DNA from: an uncultured Gemmatimonadales bacterium
GTDB lineage: Bacteria; Gemmatimonadota; Gemmatimonadetes; Gemmatimonadales; Gemmatimonadaceae
Direction: 5' to 3'
Assembly: GCA_963793305.1 (NCBI GenBank)
Contig: CAWBZV010000003.1
Coordinates: forward strand, 672,001 to 736,000
DNA: 64,000 bases
Below, piece after piece: positions 39,570 through 49,688 of the stretch. Made by a program: the position numbers and the translations under genes. Position 1 is the first letter of the stretch, and each line of letters opens with the position of its first letter. A model generated the notes under the pieces. The model was not told the DNA's origin and did no database searches. It was given only the letters and a program-made list of their open reading frames with translations.

Positions 39570-41929
39570 GTGAACGGCTCGATCTCCGACACCAACCGTA
39601 GCGCTGACGCGCTGTGGGCCGCTGTCGCGCGGCTCGTGGGGGCCGAGTACGACTTGGCGGGCGAGTTGAGCGCGACGACGGATGGGCGGAGGACGGCCTA
39701 CATCGCGACGCGTCGCACGCCGGAGCGCGAGCTGGTGCTGCTGGTCGTCGAGCGCGGGCCTGAGCCGGATGCCTACGAGCTGTCGTTGCACGAGGTGCTC
39801 GACGAGAGCGTGCCCGCGCGCGATCTCTATTGCCGGCACTGCGGGAACCGTCTCGAGACGTGGGCGGCCGCGTGTCCGGTGTGCCACCAGAACACGGCGC
39901 TCGCCACCGCGATCCCTCGCGGCCAGGTCTCTGACCTGAGCCTCCGCTCGGCCGTCGCCTCGGCCCTGGGCGCCGACAGTACGCCACTGGGCCAACTGCC
40001 GACTGCGTCGGGCAGCATCGCGGTGTTCGCGCGGGCGGCCCGCACCGGCGAGATCGTCGCGTTGACGCTGGAGCGGATCGGCGGGTCGACGGGGCCAACG
40101 CGCGCGGTGCCGATCGTTCGCCTACAGCGTCACAACACGCCAACGTCTACGGTCTGTCGCGGCAACGTCCGCACCGGTGGCCGAGGCAGCATCGACGGCG
40201 CCGAGCGCGCCCAAGCGGCCGTCGTCGCCGCACAGCGGCGAGATCGGGCCGTTGCCCGAGCGAGACCGCTCGCTCGTAACGACGTCGCCATCGTCCGGCG
40301 AGCCCGGCGTGCTCTCGCTCATGTGCCCGCGCTGCGGCTCGCGGTTCGAAGCCGGCGCGCGATTCTGCCCGGTCGATGGGGCCGAGCTGCGCGCGATCCC
40401 GCTGCAGGATGATCTGGTCGGCCGCGTGGTCGGCGGCAAGTTCCGCGTCGAGAAGCTGCTCGGCCAAGGCGGGATGGGTCGCGTGTACCTGGCGGAACAC
40501 GTCCGGATCGGTCGCCGTTGCGCGCTCAAGGTGTTGGCCCCGAACCTCGTCGGCGATCCCAGCTCGATTCGCCGATTCGACGGGGAAGCGCGGAACGCGA
40601 GCCGGATCGTGCATCCCAGCGTCGCGGTCGTCTACGATTTCGAGGAGACGCCGGACGGCCTCGTGTATCTCGTGCTGGAGTACGTCGACGGCGAGACGCT
40701 CGGCGCGATCCTGGGTCGTTCGGAGAACCAGCGACTCGAACGTCACGCGCTCGATGCAGATCGCGCGCGAAGTCGCCGACGCGTTGCAAGCCGCGCACGA
40801 TCTCGGGATCGTGCACCGCGACCTGAAGCCCGACAACATCATGCTGACACAGCAGGACCGCGTGAAAGTCGTGGATTTCGGGATCGCGAAGGCGATGGAG
40901 ACGGCCGGCCCGGGTCAGCACGGAGTGACGCGCACGGGGTTCGTCGTGGGCACGCCGCGCTACATGAGCCCCGAGCAGCTCGCCGGCACGAACGTCGACG
41001 CGCGCTCCGACATTTACGCGTTGGGCTGTGTGCTCTACGAGATGGTGACGGGCCGCGCCGCGTACGACGCGCCGATCACGACTGAGCGCACGATGCGTTC
41101 CCAGCCGCGGTTCCGCGAAGACGCCCCACGCGCACTCGACGCGATCATCACGAAGGCAATGTCGCGCGCCGCCGAGGGGCGTTTCCAGACGGCGCGCGAG
41201 ATGCGGGATGCATTGGACGCGCTGCTCGCTCGCGGCCGCGCCACTTCGCGCCGCGCGCTATTCACGCGGATCGGGATCGCCGTCGCCGCGGTCGCGGGCG
41301 TCGCCGCCGGGGCTGTCGCGGTCGTGAGTCGGTCGCATCCACAGTCGCCGGCCCCATCGTCGCAGTCGTCGCCGCCCGCTGCGACCGTCGTCGCCTCTAC
41401 GGCGCCGAGTGTCTCGCCACCGCCGACGCCGGTACCTTCAGCGCCGACAACGCCGGCCGCGAACACCAAGCCCGCGCAGTCGCCGCCGGTGCAGCCCAAG
41501 CCCAAGGTGCCGCAACCGACGGTACCGCAGCCGACGGTCAAGGCTCGCACGCCGACTCCGGCGTCGCCGCCTCCCGAGTCGGCCGTCACGTCAGACTACC
41601 TCGGCCGCCCACTCCAGTATTTGGTTCACGTCAAGCGAGTGATTCGTGAGGAGTGGGTCCAAGCGCTCGAGGGCGCTCAGCCGAGGGGCCCTGAGCACGC
41701 CGAGTTCGCGCTGGTGATGGACGAGACGGGGCGGGTCGTTCAGGTGAAGCCGATCTCGGTGTCGGGCCAGGCGGCCTACGACGACCCGCTCGAGTCGTCA
41801 CTGCAACGGATCGTCACATTCGGCCCGCCGCCACCGCGCGTGGGCCGCGAGGTCCACGTTGAGTTCCACGGGTTCGGTCTGACGGTTAAGGCCGGGAACC
41901 TCGAGACGCCTACAGTGCCGGCTCGCTGA
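39570..41929 (+). CDS. Hanks-type Ser/Thr kinase with zinc ribbons, TM, Pro-rich linker and TonB_C-like tail; frameshifts near 40150 and 40740 (may be two genes)
   Basis: GGAGG-GTG start; CRHC/CPVC and CPRC/CPVD ribbons; [34 protein letters not shown] across three frames. Confidence 0.8.
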
Positions 41930-44177
41930 ACTCGTCGGCGTCGTTGGGCTTGAGTGGCACGGGCGCGGCGCCGGGTTTCGTCACAGTGTAGAGCCCAACA
42001 TGCTTCCGCTTCTGTCCTTTCACGGTCTCGGTCGTGACGGTGACGAGCACGAGCCGCTGGCCATCCCTCGACGCCGCGTAATCGACGAGCCCAGGTAGTG
42101 CATCGCTGCCGAGTACGACACTCGGCGCCCCACCACCGGGCGCGACGCGCATGAGCCGCCATCCGGAGCCTTTCCCGGCGGAGTCTGAGAGGTACAGCAA
42201 CGACCCGTCTTTGAGCACGACGGGATGCGCCTGCGCTTCTGGCCCATTGGTTAGAGCGACTTCGTCGACCGAGTGCACGCGCACGACGTGCTTGTCGTCG
42301 CCACGTTCGCCGAGTGCGATGACGGATGCTCCGCCGGAGTCGTAGGTCGCCCAGCGGAGCGACAGCCGATCGCGTCCGAGAGGTTTCGGGAGCTGGGCGG
42401 CGCTCGAGTCGGGGTAAAGGGAGACGAGCTGCATTTTGCGGCCGACGCGCCCCATGCTGACGGCTATGGTGTTGCCATCGGGCGACCAGGTCGGATGCTC
42501 GAACCCATCGCCCAGTGCGGTGAGCGGATGCGCGTGTCCACCGTCGGCGTCGGCGACGTAGAGCGTCCATTTCTCCCCGCGCGTTCCGCCGTCGGAGACG
42601 TACGCGATGCGCAGATGATCGGGCGACCACGCGCCATCGCGGGTATTCTGGTTCGTATCGGCGAGAGCGAGGGGTTTCGGGTTCTCGAGCGCGAACGTCA
42701 CGAGCGCGGATCGTTTCTCGCCGAGTTGTTTGGTGGCGAGCACTTCGCCGGTGACGTAGACGAGCATGGAGTCGCGGACGCCGCCGGGTCCCATGGCGGT
42801 GACGGTCGCGTGCCCAACGCGATGGGGCGCGAACGTGCCGCTCGTGTCGACGGTCAGTACTGCGTCGTTCGACGAGGCCCACCGGTTCGTGATCGGCCGT
42901 CCCAGCGATGCCTGCTGCGCGTCGTGATACAACGTCGTGTTACTCCAGGTGCCGCCGAGGGCCAACGCGATTTTCGGGTCGTGCTTGTCCATCGCGAACG
43001 TGCCATCGACGACATCAATGGTCCACACGGTCGCGGGGAGCGTGGGATACTTGAACTCGAGCTTCGTGTGTCCGGCTTTCCGCCCGACAATGCGTCCGAT
43101 CTTGGCGTCGTAGCTCGCGATGTTGGTATCGGTGACGCTCCACGTGGCGGCCAGTCCAACCACCGGCGATGAGTCAGCCGCAACAGGTTCCGCCGTGACT
43201 TTTATGAACGCGCCGGCAGCGACTTCGATGGGAGTCGCGGCGTCCGGCTCCGCGCGCACGCGCTCGACGTGCTTGTACACGCGCACGGGCAGATGCTTCG
43301 ACATGCCGTAGCCGTCCGCGATGACCTCGGCCAGCCCTGCGCCTTGCGCCCGAACGATGCCGAGCACGGGGTTGAGCACTCGAACAATGTCGCGATTTCC
43401 GGTGCGCCAGTTGAGCCCACGCACGAGCCGGCGGTGTCCTTGCGTCGGCACGTCGACGATGACGGTATCCTCGGCCCCTTCTTCGAGCAGCACGGAGTCG
43501 CGCGTGATTTCGATGGCGACGGGCACGACTTCGATCGGCGCCGAGGCCAATGTCCCGTCGGCCGAGCGGACGCCGAGTACGGCGTCACCGGGTGTGAGTC
43601 CAACGACGTCGCCGGCGACGGAGTCGAACATGGCGGTGGTGCCGAACACGGACCAGTTGGCGCTGGCGAGGACTTCGGTCGAGCCGTCGTCATAAAGCGC
43701 GGTGACGGCCGGCCGCGTGCGCTCCGATGGCAGCAGCAGGATGGGCGTCGGCGCGATCTGGAGCAGGCGCGGGTGCCGCACGGCCTGCACGGGTGTCGGC
43801 GCGACGGCGACGGCGCCGACGGGTGCGACGGTGACGATAACGTCGCGCAGCAGGTCGTTGACCTGGACGGTGAGTTGGGTTTCGCCGGCTTTGAGGCCGG
43901 TGACGAGTCCATGGCCGTCGACTGTAGCGATACTCGAGTCCGCGACGGTGTATTTCGCGCTGTACTTGTCGCCCTCGATGGTGGAGCCTTTGTCGTCGTA
44001 CGCGGTGGTGTATATCGACCCGGTCGCCCCGACGTCGACGCGGAGGGCGAGCGGTGTGACGACGAGTCGTGACGTCGCGACGGTCGCGGCTTGCGGCGCG
44101 TTTTGCGCGGCGAGGGGGACGACGCAGGCTGCCGGTGCAGCCAGCGCGAGGGCGAGCAGTATGTTCTGGTAACGCAC
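41910..44177 (-). CDS. Secreted protein with multiple Big_2 Ig-like domains and PD40 propeller
   Basis: Signal peptide; [34 protein letters not shown] repeats. Confidence 0.82.
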   Translation of the reverse strand: MRYQNILLALALAAPAACVVPLAAQNAPQAATVATSRLVVTPLALRVDVGATGSIYTTAYDDKGSTIEGDKYSAKYTVADSSIATVDGHGLVTGLKAGETQLTVQVNDLLRDVIVTVAPVGAVAVAPTPVQAVRHPRLLQIAPTPILLLPSERTRPAVTALYDDGSTEVLASANWSVFGTTAMFDSVAGDVVGLTPGDAVLGVRSADGTLASAPIEVVPVAIEITRDSVLLEEGAEDTVIVDVPTQGHRRLVRGLNWRTGNRDIVRVLNPVLGIVRAQGAGLAEVIADGYGMSKHLPVRVYKHVERVRAEPDAATPIEVAAGAFIKVTAEPVAADSSPVVGLAATWSVTDTNIASYDAKIGRIVGRKAGHTKLEFKYPTLPATVWTIDVVDGTFAMDKHDPKIALALGGTWSNTTLYHDAQQASLGRPITNRWASSNDAVLTVDTSGTFAPHRVGHATVTAMGPGGVRDSMLVYVTGEVLATKQLGEKRSALVTFALENPKPLALADTNQNTRDGAWSPDHLRIAYVSDGGTRGEKWTLYVADADGGHAHPLTALGDGFEHPTWSPDGNTIAVSMGRVGRKMQLVSLYPDSSAAQLPKPLGRDRLSLRWATYDSGGASVIALGERGDDKHVVRVHSVDEVALTNGPEAQAHPVVLKDGSLLYLSDSAGKGSGWRLMRVAPGGGAPSVVLGSDALPGLVDYAASRDGQRLVLVTVTTETVKGQKRKHVGLYTVTKPGAAPVPLKPNDADEFSEPAL

Positions 44178-44298
44178 GGTGGGAGTCTTGGCCGAGGTCC
44201 AGGTGGCAATGCCAATGTAGGACCGCTCACTCAAGCGGCAAGCCGAGTCCCTGTCGTTCTAACGCAACAGCAGCCGGATTTTTCTCTATTATTTGCCC

Positions 44299-45009
44299 AT
44301 GGCCAAAGACGATGGGACTCAAGCGCTTACGGAAGCGCAGCATGCCCGCTTCGCGCGTGGTTTTCTGGACCGGTATCTGGTGCCAGCCTTCGGCTCGCTC
44401 ACGAAGTCCGAGCTCGACCTCCTGGTGTTCTCGCTCCTCCACGAGGTGGGTTATTTGCGTCCCACCGACTCCCAATACGACATCGCCCGCCGCCTGCGGG
44501 TGACACCAACTCGCGTCCGCTCGCTCACGATGCAGATGGAGTTGCGCGACACGTCCCAGACCGAGGACTCACTGGTGACGCGGATCGTCGAGTGTCTCTC
44601 GACGGCGCGTTTCGTCAAGGACGGCGCGATGATCTCGTTCGGCGTCGAGGACCCACTCTTGTCCGCTGATATAGCGGCGCGCCTCAAGGAGCTGGGTGCG
44701 ATCACGGATTCGTCGTTCAACCGCGAGATCATCAAGGTCCCGCGCAACGCTTTCGCGGACCTCGTCAGCACTCTGTTGCCGCCCGACCGTCGCGAGATGG
44801 TCCGCAAGGCTCTGATCCAAGCCGGCGTGCCCGATGGCAGCTGGAGGGGCGTGCTTCGCGGCGCTCTCGCGAAGGCGGCCGAGAAGATCGCCGGTGCCGC
44901 GGGCGAGGAGGCGACGAAGGAGATTCAGGATCTGGCGGGTCCGGCGATCAAGGATCTGTTCGCGTCGGTCGCCAAGCAGATCACGGTACGGTGGAAAGTG
45001 CTGCTGTAG
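44299..45009 (+). CDS. Hypothetical protein (possible N-terminal winged helix)
   Basis: FGSLTKSELDLLVF...YDIARRLRVTPTRVRSL, D.SFNREII; coding-like codon usage. Confidence 0.7.
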   Translation: MAKDDGTQALTEAQHARFARGFLDRYLVPAFGSLTKSELDLLVFSLLHEVGYLRPTDSQYDIARRLRVTPTRVRSLTMQMELRDTSQTEDSLVTRIVECLSTARFVKDGAMISFGVEDPLLSADIAARLKELGAITDSSFNREIIKVPRNAFADLVSTLLPPDRREMVRKALIQAGVPDGSWRGVLRGALAKAAEKIAGAAGEEATKEIQDLAGPAIKDLFASVAKQITVRWKVLL

Positions 45010-45019
45010 AGCTATTGTA

Positions 45020-45050
45020 TTGCCAATGTACCCCCAATGTGGATACATTG
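45020..45050 (+). promoter_or_regulatory. Toxin-antitoxin promoter with operator palindrome
   Basis: TTGCCA-18 bp-TACATT overlapped by CAATGT-GGAT-ACATTG and an extra CAATGT half-site. Confidence 0.6.
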
Positions 45051-45082
45051 TATGTGCAATCGGTCTACTTCCAGGAGCTCTC

Positions 45083-45427
45083 ATGTCCAAGCCAACCCGT
45101 TCGGCTCGTAAGCGTTCGTCGCCGTCGCGCCCAACCGTGCGTAAGACAGGGACGATCCGCGCGCGCGTCGACCCTGCGCTCAAGAAGCGGGCCGAGGCCA
45201 CATTCGCCGAGGTCGGGCTCTCGGCGAGCGCTGCGATCACATTGTTCTATTCGCAGGTCGTTCGGCACGGCGGTCTGCCATTCGCCGTACGCGCGACGCC
45301 GATCCATGCTGGTGGCGGCAGCGCCTGGAATGTGTTGCGATCGCAGGCCGGCACGGTTCGGGCGCCGAGCGACTGGGCGAGCGAGCACGATCACTACATT
45401 CACGGCACGACGAAGCGGGGCGCCTGA
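45083..45427 (+). CDS. Antitoxin: RelB/DinJ-type N-terminus with VapB-like C-terminal tail
   Basis: AGGAG SD; TIRARVDPALKKRAE...GLSASAAITLFY.QV....GLPF then DWASEHDHYIHG. Confidence 0.85.
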   Translation: MSKPTRSARKRSSPSRPTVRKTGTIRARVDPALKKRAEATFAEVGLSASAAITLFYSQVVRHGGLPFAVRATPIHAGGGSAWNVLRSQAGTVRAPSDWASEHDHYIHGTTKRGA

Positions 45428-45493
45428 CCAACGTCTTTGCCATGATCCCGTCGCGCCGCGCCACCGGCCGGAACGTCTCCGCCGGCCGACCGT

Positions 45494-45898
45494 ATGCTCT
45501 TGGACACGTTCTACGTTCAGGCGATCCTGAACGCCGACGACGCCTACCACGCACGCGCGGTCGCGCTGGCGCCGCGCATCGAGGCCGCGGCCGAGGTCAT
45601 CGTTACTGAAGCAGTCTTGATCGAGGTGGGCAATGCCTTGAGCGACAGGGATCGGTCCGCGGCCGTGGCGTTCATTCGAGGGTGCTACGACACGCCGAAC
45701 ATCACGGTGGTACCCCTGACCGCCGAGCTTCTGGCCCGCGCGCTGGCGCTTTACGATGGTCGGCCTGACAAGGCCTGGGGGCTCACCGACTGTATTTCGT
45801 TTGTGGTGATGGCCGATTTGCACGTGGCCGCCGCGGCGACCGGCGATCGGCACTTTGCTCAGGCTGGGTTTGCGCCGTTGCTCGACCCACCGCAGTAA
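45494..45898 (+). CDS. vapC: VapC PIN-domain toxin
   Basis: LLDT, EVGNAL, WGLTDCISFVVM, TGDRHFAQAGF. Confidence 0.92.
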   Translation: MLLDTFYVQAILNADDAYHARAVALAPRIEAAAEVIVTEAVLIEVGNALSDRDRSAAVAFIRGCYDTPNITVVPLTAELLARALALYDGRPDKAWGLTDCISFVVMADLHVAAAATGDRHFAQAGFAPLLDPPQ

Positions 45899-46158
45899 CT
45901 CGCATACCGCAGCGGGTATTTGGCGGGCGGCCCGGATCCAGAACGACGCTCAGCGCCGAAAGTCCCTGGGGCACCGCGGTTCTCACCGGGCAATTTCGCT
46001 CGGTACTGATTGCAAACCGGTAACATCGTAGTCACGCGCGTCGCGGTTGTTGCCTGGTCGATCACGATCGGGCATACGGTGGTGCGAGATGCTCGCACCC
46101 GCAAATGGGCGCTTGCGGTAGGGTGTGTGATCCCTCTTTCACACCCTCCGAGGCTTCT

Positions 46159-46278
46159 ATGCGCCGACTCGCCCCGCTGGCTCTTCTTGCGCTGCTCGCT
46201 TTGTCCGCGTGCGTATCCCCAACGTCACCATCACGCGATTGCGGCGGTTCACAGGCCGGATCGGATACACACTGCTAG
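46159..46278 (+). CDS. 39-aa lipopeptide precursor (below ORF-track cutoff)
   Basis: GAGG SD; MRRLAPLALLALLALSAC|VSPTSPSRDCGGSQAGSDTHC-stop. Confidence 0.72.
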   Translation: MRRLAPLALLALLALSACVSPTSPSRDCGGSQAGSDTHC

Positions 46279-46280
46279 CA

Positions 46281-47468
46281 TTAACCGCGCGCGGGAACGC
46301 GTTCGCGGATTACTTCGAGAGCCGGTCGACATCGGGGCGGCAGCGGTAACGCTTCTGGCGGTGTCGACCGGCTCACGTCCTCTCCATCGAGCGCGCGTTG
46401 GGCGAGCCGTTCGAATTCGTTGAGCTCATATAGCAGCGCCGTATCCCGAAGCGTCTGATATACCGCGCGTGCGTCGCCTGGGCGCCCGTTCGCGGTCAGT
46501 CCTTCGGCGAGCGTGACGAAGAACTCGCAGCGGCGATATGGCGAGAGGGTCGTCGCTTCTAAGTCGCCTCGTAGGTGATCGAACTCATCCCACTGCCGCC
46601 GATCCGCCGCGACTTGCAGGAGGTTGATCGTCGCGGAACATCGCAAGTCGACTTGTGGGCTTTCCTGACGCACGCAGGTCAGCACGTCACGCGCGATCTC
46701 GAGGAGTCCGAGCTCGCGCAGCGTCCATCCGAGGTCGGAGAGCACTCGGATCTGCGGGATGCGGTCTCGGTGAATCGCGAGTGATTCGCCGAGGTCGAGT
46801 AGCGCATGTTCGAGATCGCCTTCGCGGTTGGCGAGCGTCCCGCGATCGTGCAGCGCAAGTGCGAGCGGATATCGGAGATCCTGTTCTCGCGCGTCTTCAA
46901 TCACCCGGCTCAACTGGCTACGCGCGGCTGGATACTTGTCCTGCGCGATCGCGACTTTGGCGAGGCCGATGCGCGCCAACAGCTCTTCAACGCGATCCCC
47001 GATCTCCTGGGCGACTGCGCCCGCGGCGCGATAGGCTTTGGTCGCTTCTCGGTAGCGGCCGAGCGATCGGAGGCACAGCCCGACGCGAACAAGGGCGGCG
47101 GGCGCGAGCTTGAGTGCTTGCTCCCGGCGACCGAGCTCGGCGGCGAGCTGATAAACGTCAGCCGCCAACTCCCATGCGCCGTCATCTTCGAGCGTCCTGC
47201 CATACTCCATGAGCGCCGGCCCAGCCGGGCTCGGTGGATCCGCATCGATCACGCGCAGCAGCTCGCCGAGCGCGCGCAATGTCGCGCCATGCGGTAGGGT
47301 ATCGACCACCACGCGCGCCATATCAATATCCGACGCGTCGGGCGCGACCTTCGAATCGACGCGCACCGCGATCGCCTGCAGTATCGCGAGCCCCGCAGTT
47401 CGCGGCACGCGCTCCCGCTCTGCCCATTCCGACGATTGGAGCTGCTCGCGAAACCGGCTAAGGAGCAT
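46281..47468 (-). CDS. Cytoplasmic TPR protein
   Basis: Serial TPR-like helical repeats; no signal peptide. Confidence 0.8.
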   Translation of the reverse strand: MLLSRFREQLQSSEWAERERVPRTAGLAILQAIAVRVDSKVAPDASDIDMARVVVDTLPHGATLRALGELLRVIDADPPSPAGPALMEYGRTLEDDGAWELAADVYQLAAELGRREQALKLAPAALVRVGLCLRSLGRYREATKAYRAAGAVAQEIGDRVEELLARIGLAKVAIAQDKYPAARSQLSRVIEDAREQDLRYPLALALHDRGTLANREGDLEHALLDLGESLAIHRDRIPQIRVLSDLGWTLRELGLLEIARDVLTCVRQESPQVDLRCSATINLLQVAADRRQWDEFDHLRGDLEATTLSPYRRCEFFVTLAEGLTANGRPGDARAVYQTLRDTALLYELNEFERLAQRALDGEDVSRSTPPEALPLPPRCRPALEVIRERVPARG

Positions 47469-47814
47469 CGCTGGGTGCAGTCCAGGCCGAGGGTGATCCC
47501 GCCGTCAGAAACGGATATGCGTCAGAAAATATCTGAGTGCGCGAGCGGGGACAGATGATATTGTGACTGGTTTGACCCAGCCATGGCAACTTCTGCACAA
47601 CAATTGTGCACGGATCTGTTTACGACGGTCTGCAGCATTTAAGTAGTGGCTAAATACGTGTCAATGCGGTGGTTATGTGTAGGGGATTCCCCTATGCGCG
47701 TGTCGTAAACGTTTAATCAGTGCAGTCTCAATCGTGTGCCAGCAAGCACAACCATGGGATTGCGCCCACGCTTTGGTGTTGGCAACCGTAGCTCCTTTCC
47801 ACAGGTTAGAGACA

Positions 47815-49008
47815 ATGATCCGAGACGACAGCGACGTATCCGGCCTGCTGCAACTCTCGCGCGCTCTCGCGAGAGGTGACGCCATCGTGGTCGTCGGCCC
47901 GGAGCTCTCCCGACTCGCCGGCGCCCCCGCTCCTATCGATCTTGCAAGCTCCTTGCGCCGGGATCTCAACCCCTCGACGCCGGCGACGCCGCTCGCCGCC
48001 GTCGCGCAAGCATTCCGCGATCAGTTCGGCGACTACGCGCTGTACGCCCGTCTGCGCGCCGCACTCGATGCGGGCGCACAGCAGTCGACGCGTGCGCATC
48101 GCCTGCTCTGCGAGCTCCCGTTCCTCGTGCATATCACGACGAACTCGGATTCGCTCGTCGAGGACACGCTTCGCTCGCTGCAATACCCGGTGCATCTCGT
48201 CGCCGACTCCGGCGCGGTCAAGGATTGGAGCGAGACGCGCGAGGTGCAGGTGGTCAAGATCCACGGCGACATGTCGCGCCCGGACACGATCGCGCTGGCC
48301 GAACGCAATGTCGCCCACGTCCTACGCCGCGGGTCGCCGCTTCGCGAGAAGCTCGCCGATCTCGTGCGCTACCGCACGGTGGTCTACGTCGGATTCGGGA
48401 TCAACGACCCCGAGCTCGCCCCACTATTGGCGGCACGCGAGCAGGACGACCCGAAGCCCACGCGCCCGGCATTTGCGCTCACGTTCGACACCCACCCGGA
48501 TCTGTTGGCCGAGTGGCGCCGGCGCACGATTCGTCCGATCGCGATCGACCCGCGTGGTGAGGGGCGTGAGGAGGTGCTCGCGAAGACGCTCGAGCACCTA
48601 ACGTCGCTCGTGCAGCAACGCGCGACTGGCTGCGACATTCTGATCGTCGACGACGAGCCGACGCTTCGCACCGCGTTCAAGATGATGCTCGAGCGCGGTA
48701 TGCAGGGCGTCACCGTCGAGGCGGCGGAGAACGGCGTCGCCGCATTGCTGCGCATGCCGGGCTTGCGGCCGAAGTTGCTGCTCGTCGATCTCATCATGCC
48801 GGAGATGGACGGCTGGCGTCTCATCGACGCGGTTCGTGCGGATCCGAACTACTCAGGGGTGCAGTTCATCGTGCTGACGGGCATGGAGAACCTCGAGTGG
48901 ATGCAGCGCGCGGAGGCGATGGGGATTCCGTACGTGATGAAGCCGTTTGAGCGCGATGAGTTTTTGAAGATCGTGGCGGATCAGCTGATGCCCAGAGGAA
49001 CGCACTAA
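47815..49008 (+). CDS. SIR2-like domain + C-terminal response-regulator receiver fusion
   Basis: VVVGPELS, ITTNSDSLVE, VVKIHGD, VYVGFGINDP; receiver ILIVDDE...LLVDLIMPEMDG...LTG...KPF. Confidence 0.85.
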   Translation: MIRDDSDVSGLLQLSRALARGDAIVVVGPELSRLAGAPAPIDLASSLRRDLNPSTPATPLAAVAQAFRDQFGDYALYARLRAALDAGAQQSTRAHRLLCELPFLVHITTNSDSLVEDTLRSLQYPVHLVADSGAVKDWSETREVQVVKIHGDMSRPDTIALAERNVAHVLRRGSPLREKLADLVRYRTVVYVGFGINDPELAPLLAAREQDDPKPTRPAFALTFDTHPDLLAEWRRRTIRPIAIDPRGEGREEVLAKTLEHLTSLVQQRATGCDILIVDDEPTLRTAFKMMLERGMQGVTVEAAENGVAALLRMPGLRPKLLLVDLIMPEMDGWRLIDAVRADPNYSGVQFIVLTGMENLEWMQRAEAMGIPYVMKPFERDEFLKIVADQLMPRGTH

Positions 49009-49055
49009 GCGGACGTGGCGCGGGCGGGTTCAGATTATCCCTGCAGCCCTCACAC

Positions 49056-49127
49056 GTTTTGAGCCGCGCTCTTGTTATCAAAACGAAAGCGTCGAACTTT
49101 TGATAACGAATGCCGCTATCAAAAGTT
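49056..49127. repeat. Alternating inverted TATCAAAA / TTTTGATA half-sites (res/hix-like)
   Basis: CGTTTTGA 49056, GTTATCAAAACG 49074, AACTTTTGATAAC 49095, TATCAAAAGTT 49117. Confidence 0.65.
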
Positions 49128-49688
49128 GCCGCGCGCCCAACGACGAGCGATCGCGCGGTCGCTGAATCCGCCAGCAGGCAGGCCCGAACAACTTCGCCGC
49201 GTTCATTCTGGCGCCGTTACCCCCGAACCCACCGCCTGAGTACCTGTGTGAGGTCGCGATATATTGCGTTCCCCATCTTCGCACGTCCCGCCTCAACTTC
49301 CAATTTGCGTCGTTCTTGTGTGACCCGACCTGACGCGCGACCACTTGCCGCCGTACGGCACCGGTGACGCGATGGCCAATGGGTTCCACGCACGTAAGCC
49401 GAGCTTCCCGGAATGCGGGATGTCACGCGCTCGCCATGACGTCGGCCGCCAACAGCCGCAATTATGGACACAAACAGGCACGTTTCTGACATTTTGCCGC
49501 ACCCAACATGCGGTGAGTAATAGGCGGGAGATTTCAGCCTGCGTGTCCCAAGATTCGTAGCCCTGGCGGGCAGACCCACAGTGATGCGACATTAGCGTCT
49601 GGACGGCACATCCTTCTGGGAATGCTGTAGTCGCGCATCGACCCAGGCCACGTCGTGGACCTGTTCACGGCTCGGACTTTCCACTTTA

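Noticed and set aside
49130..49680. Short ORFs or an integrase remnant before TM0106
   Set aside because: No recognisable motif in any frame.
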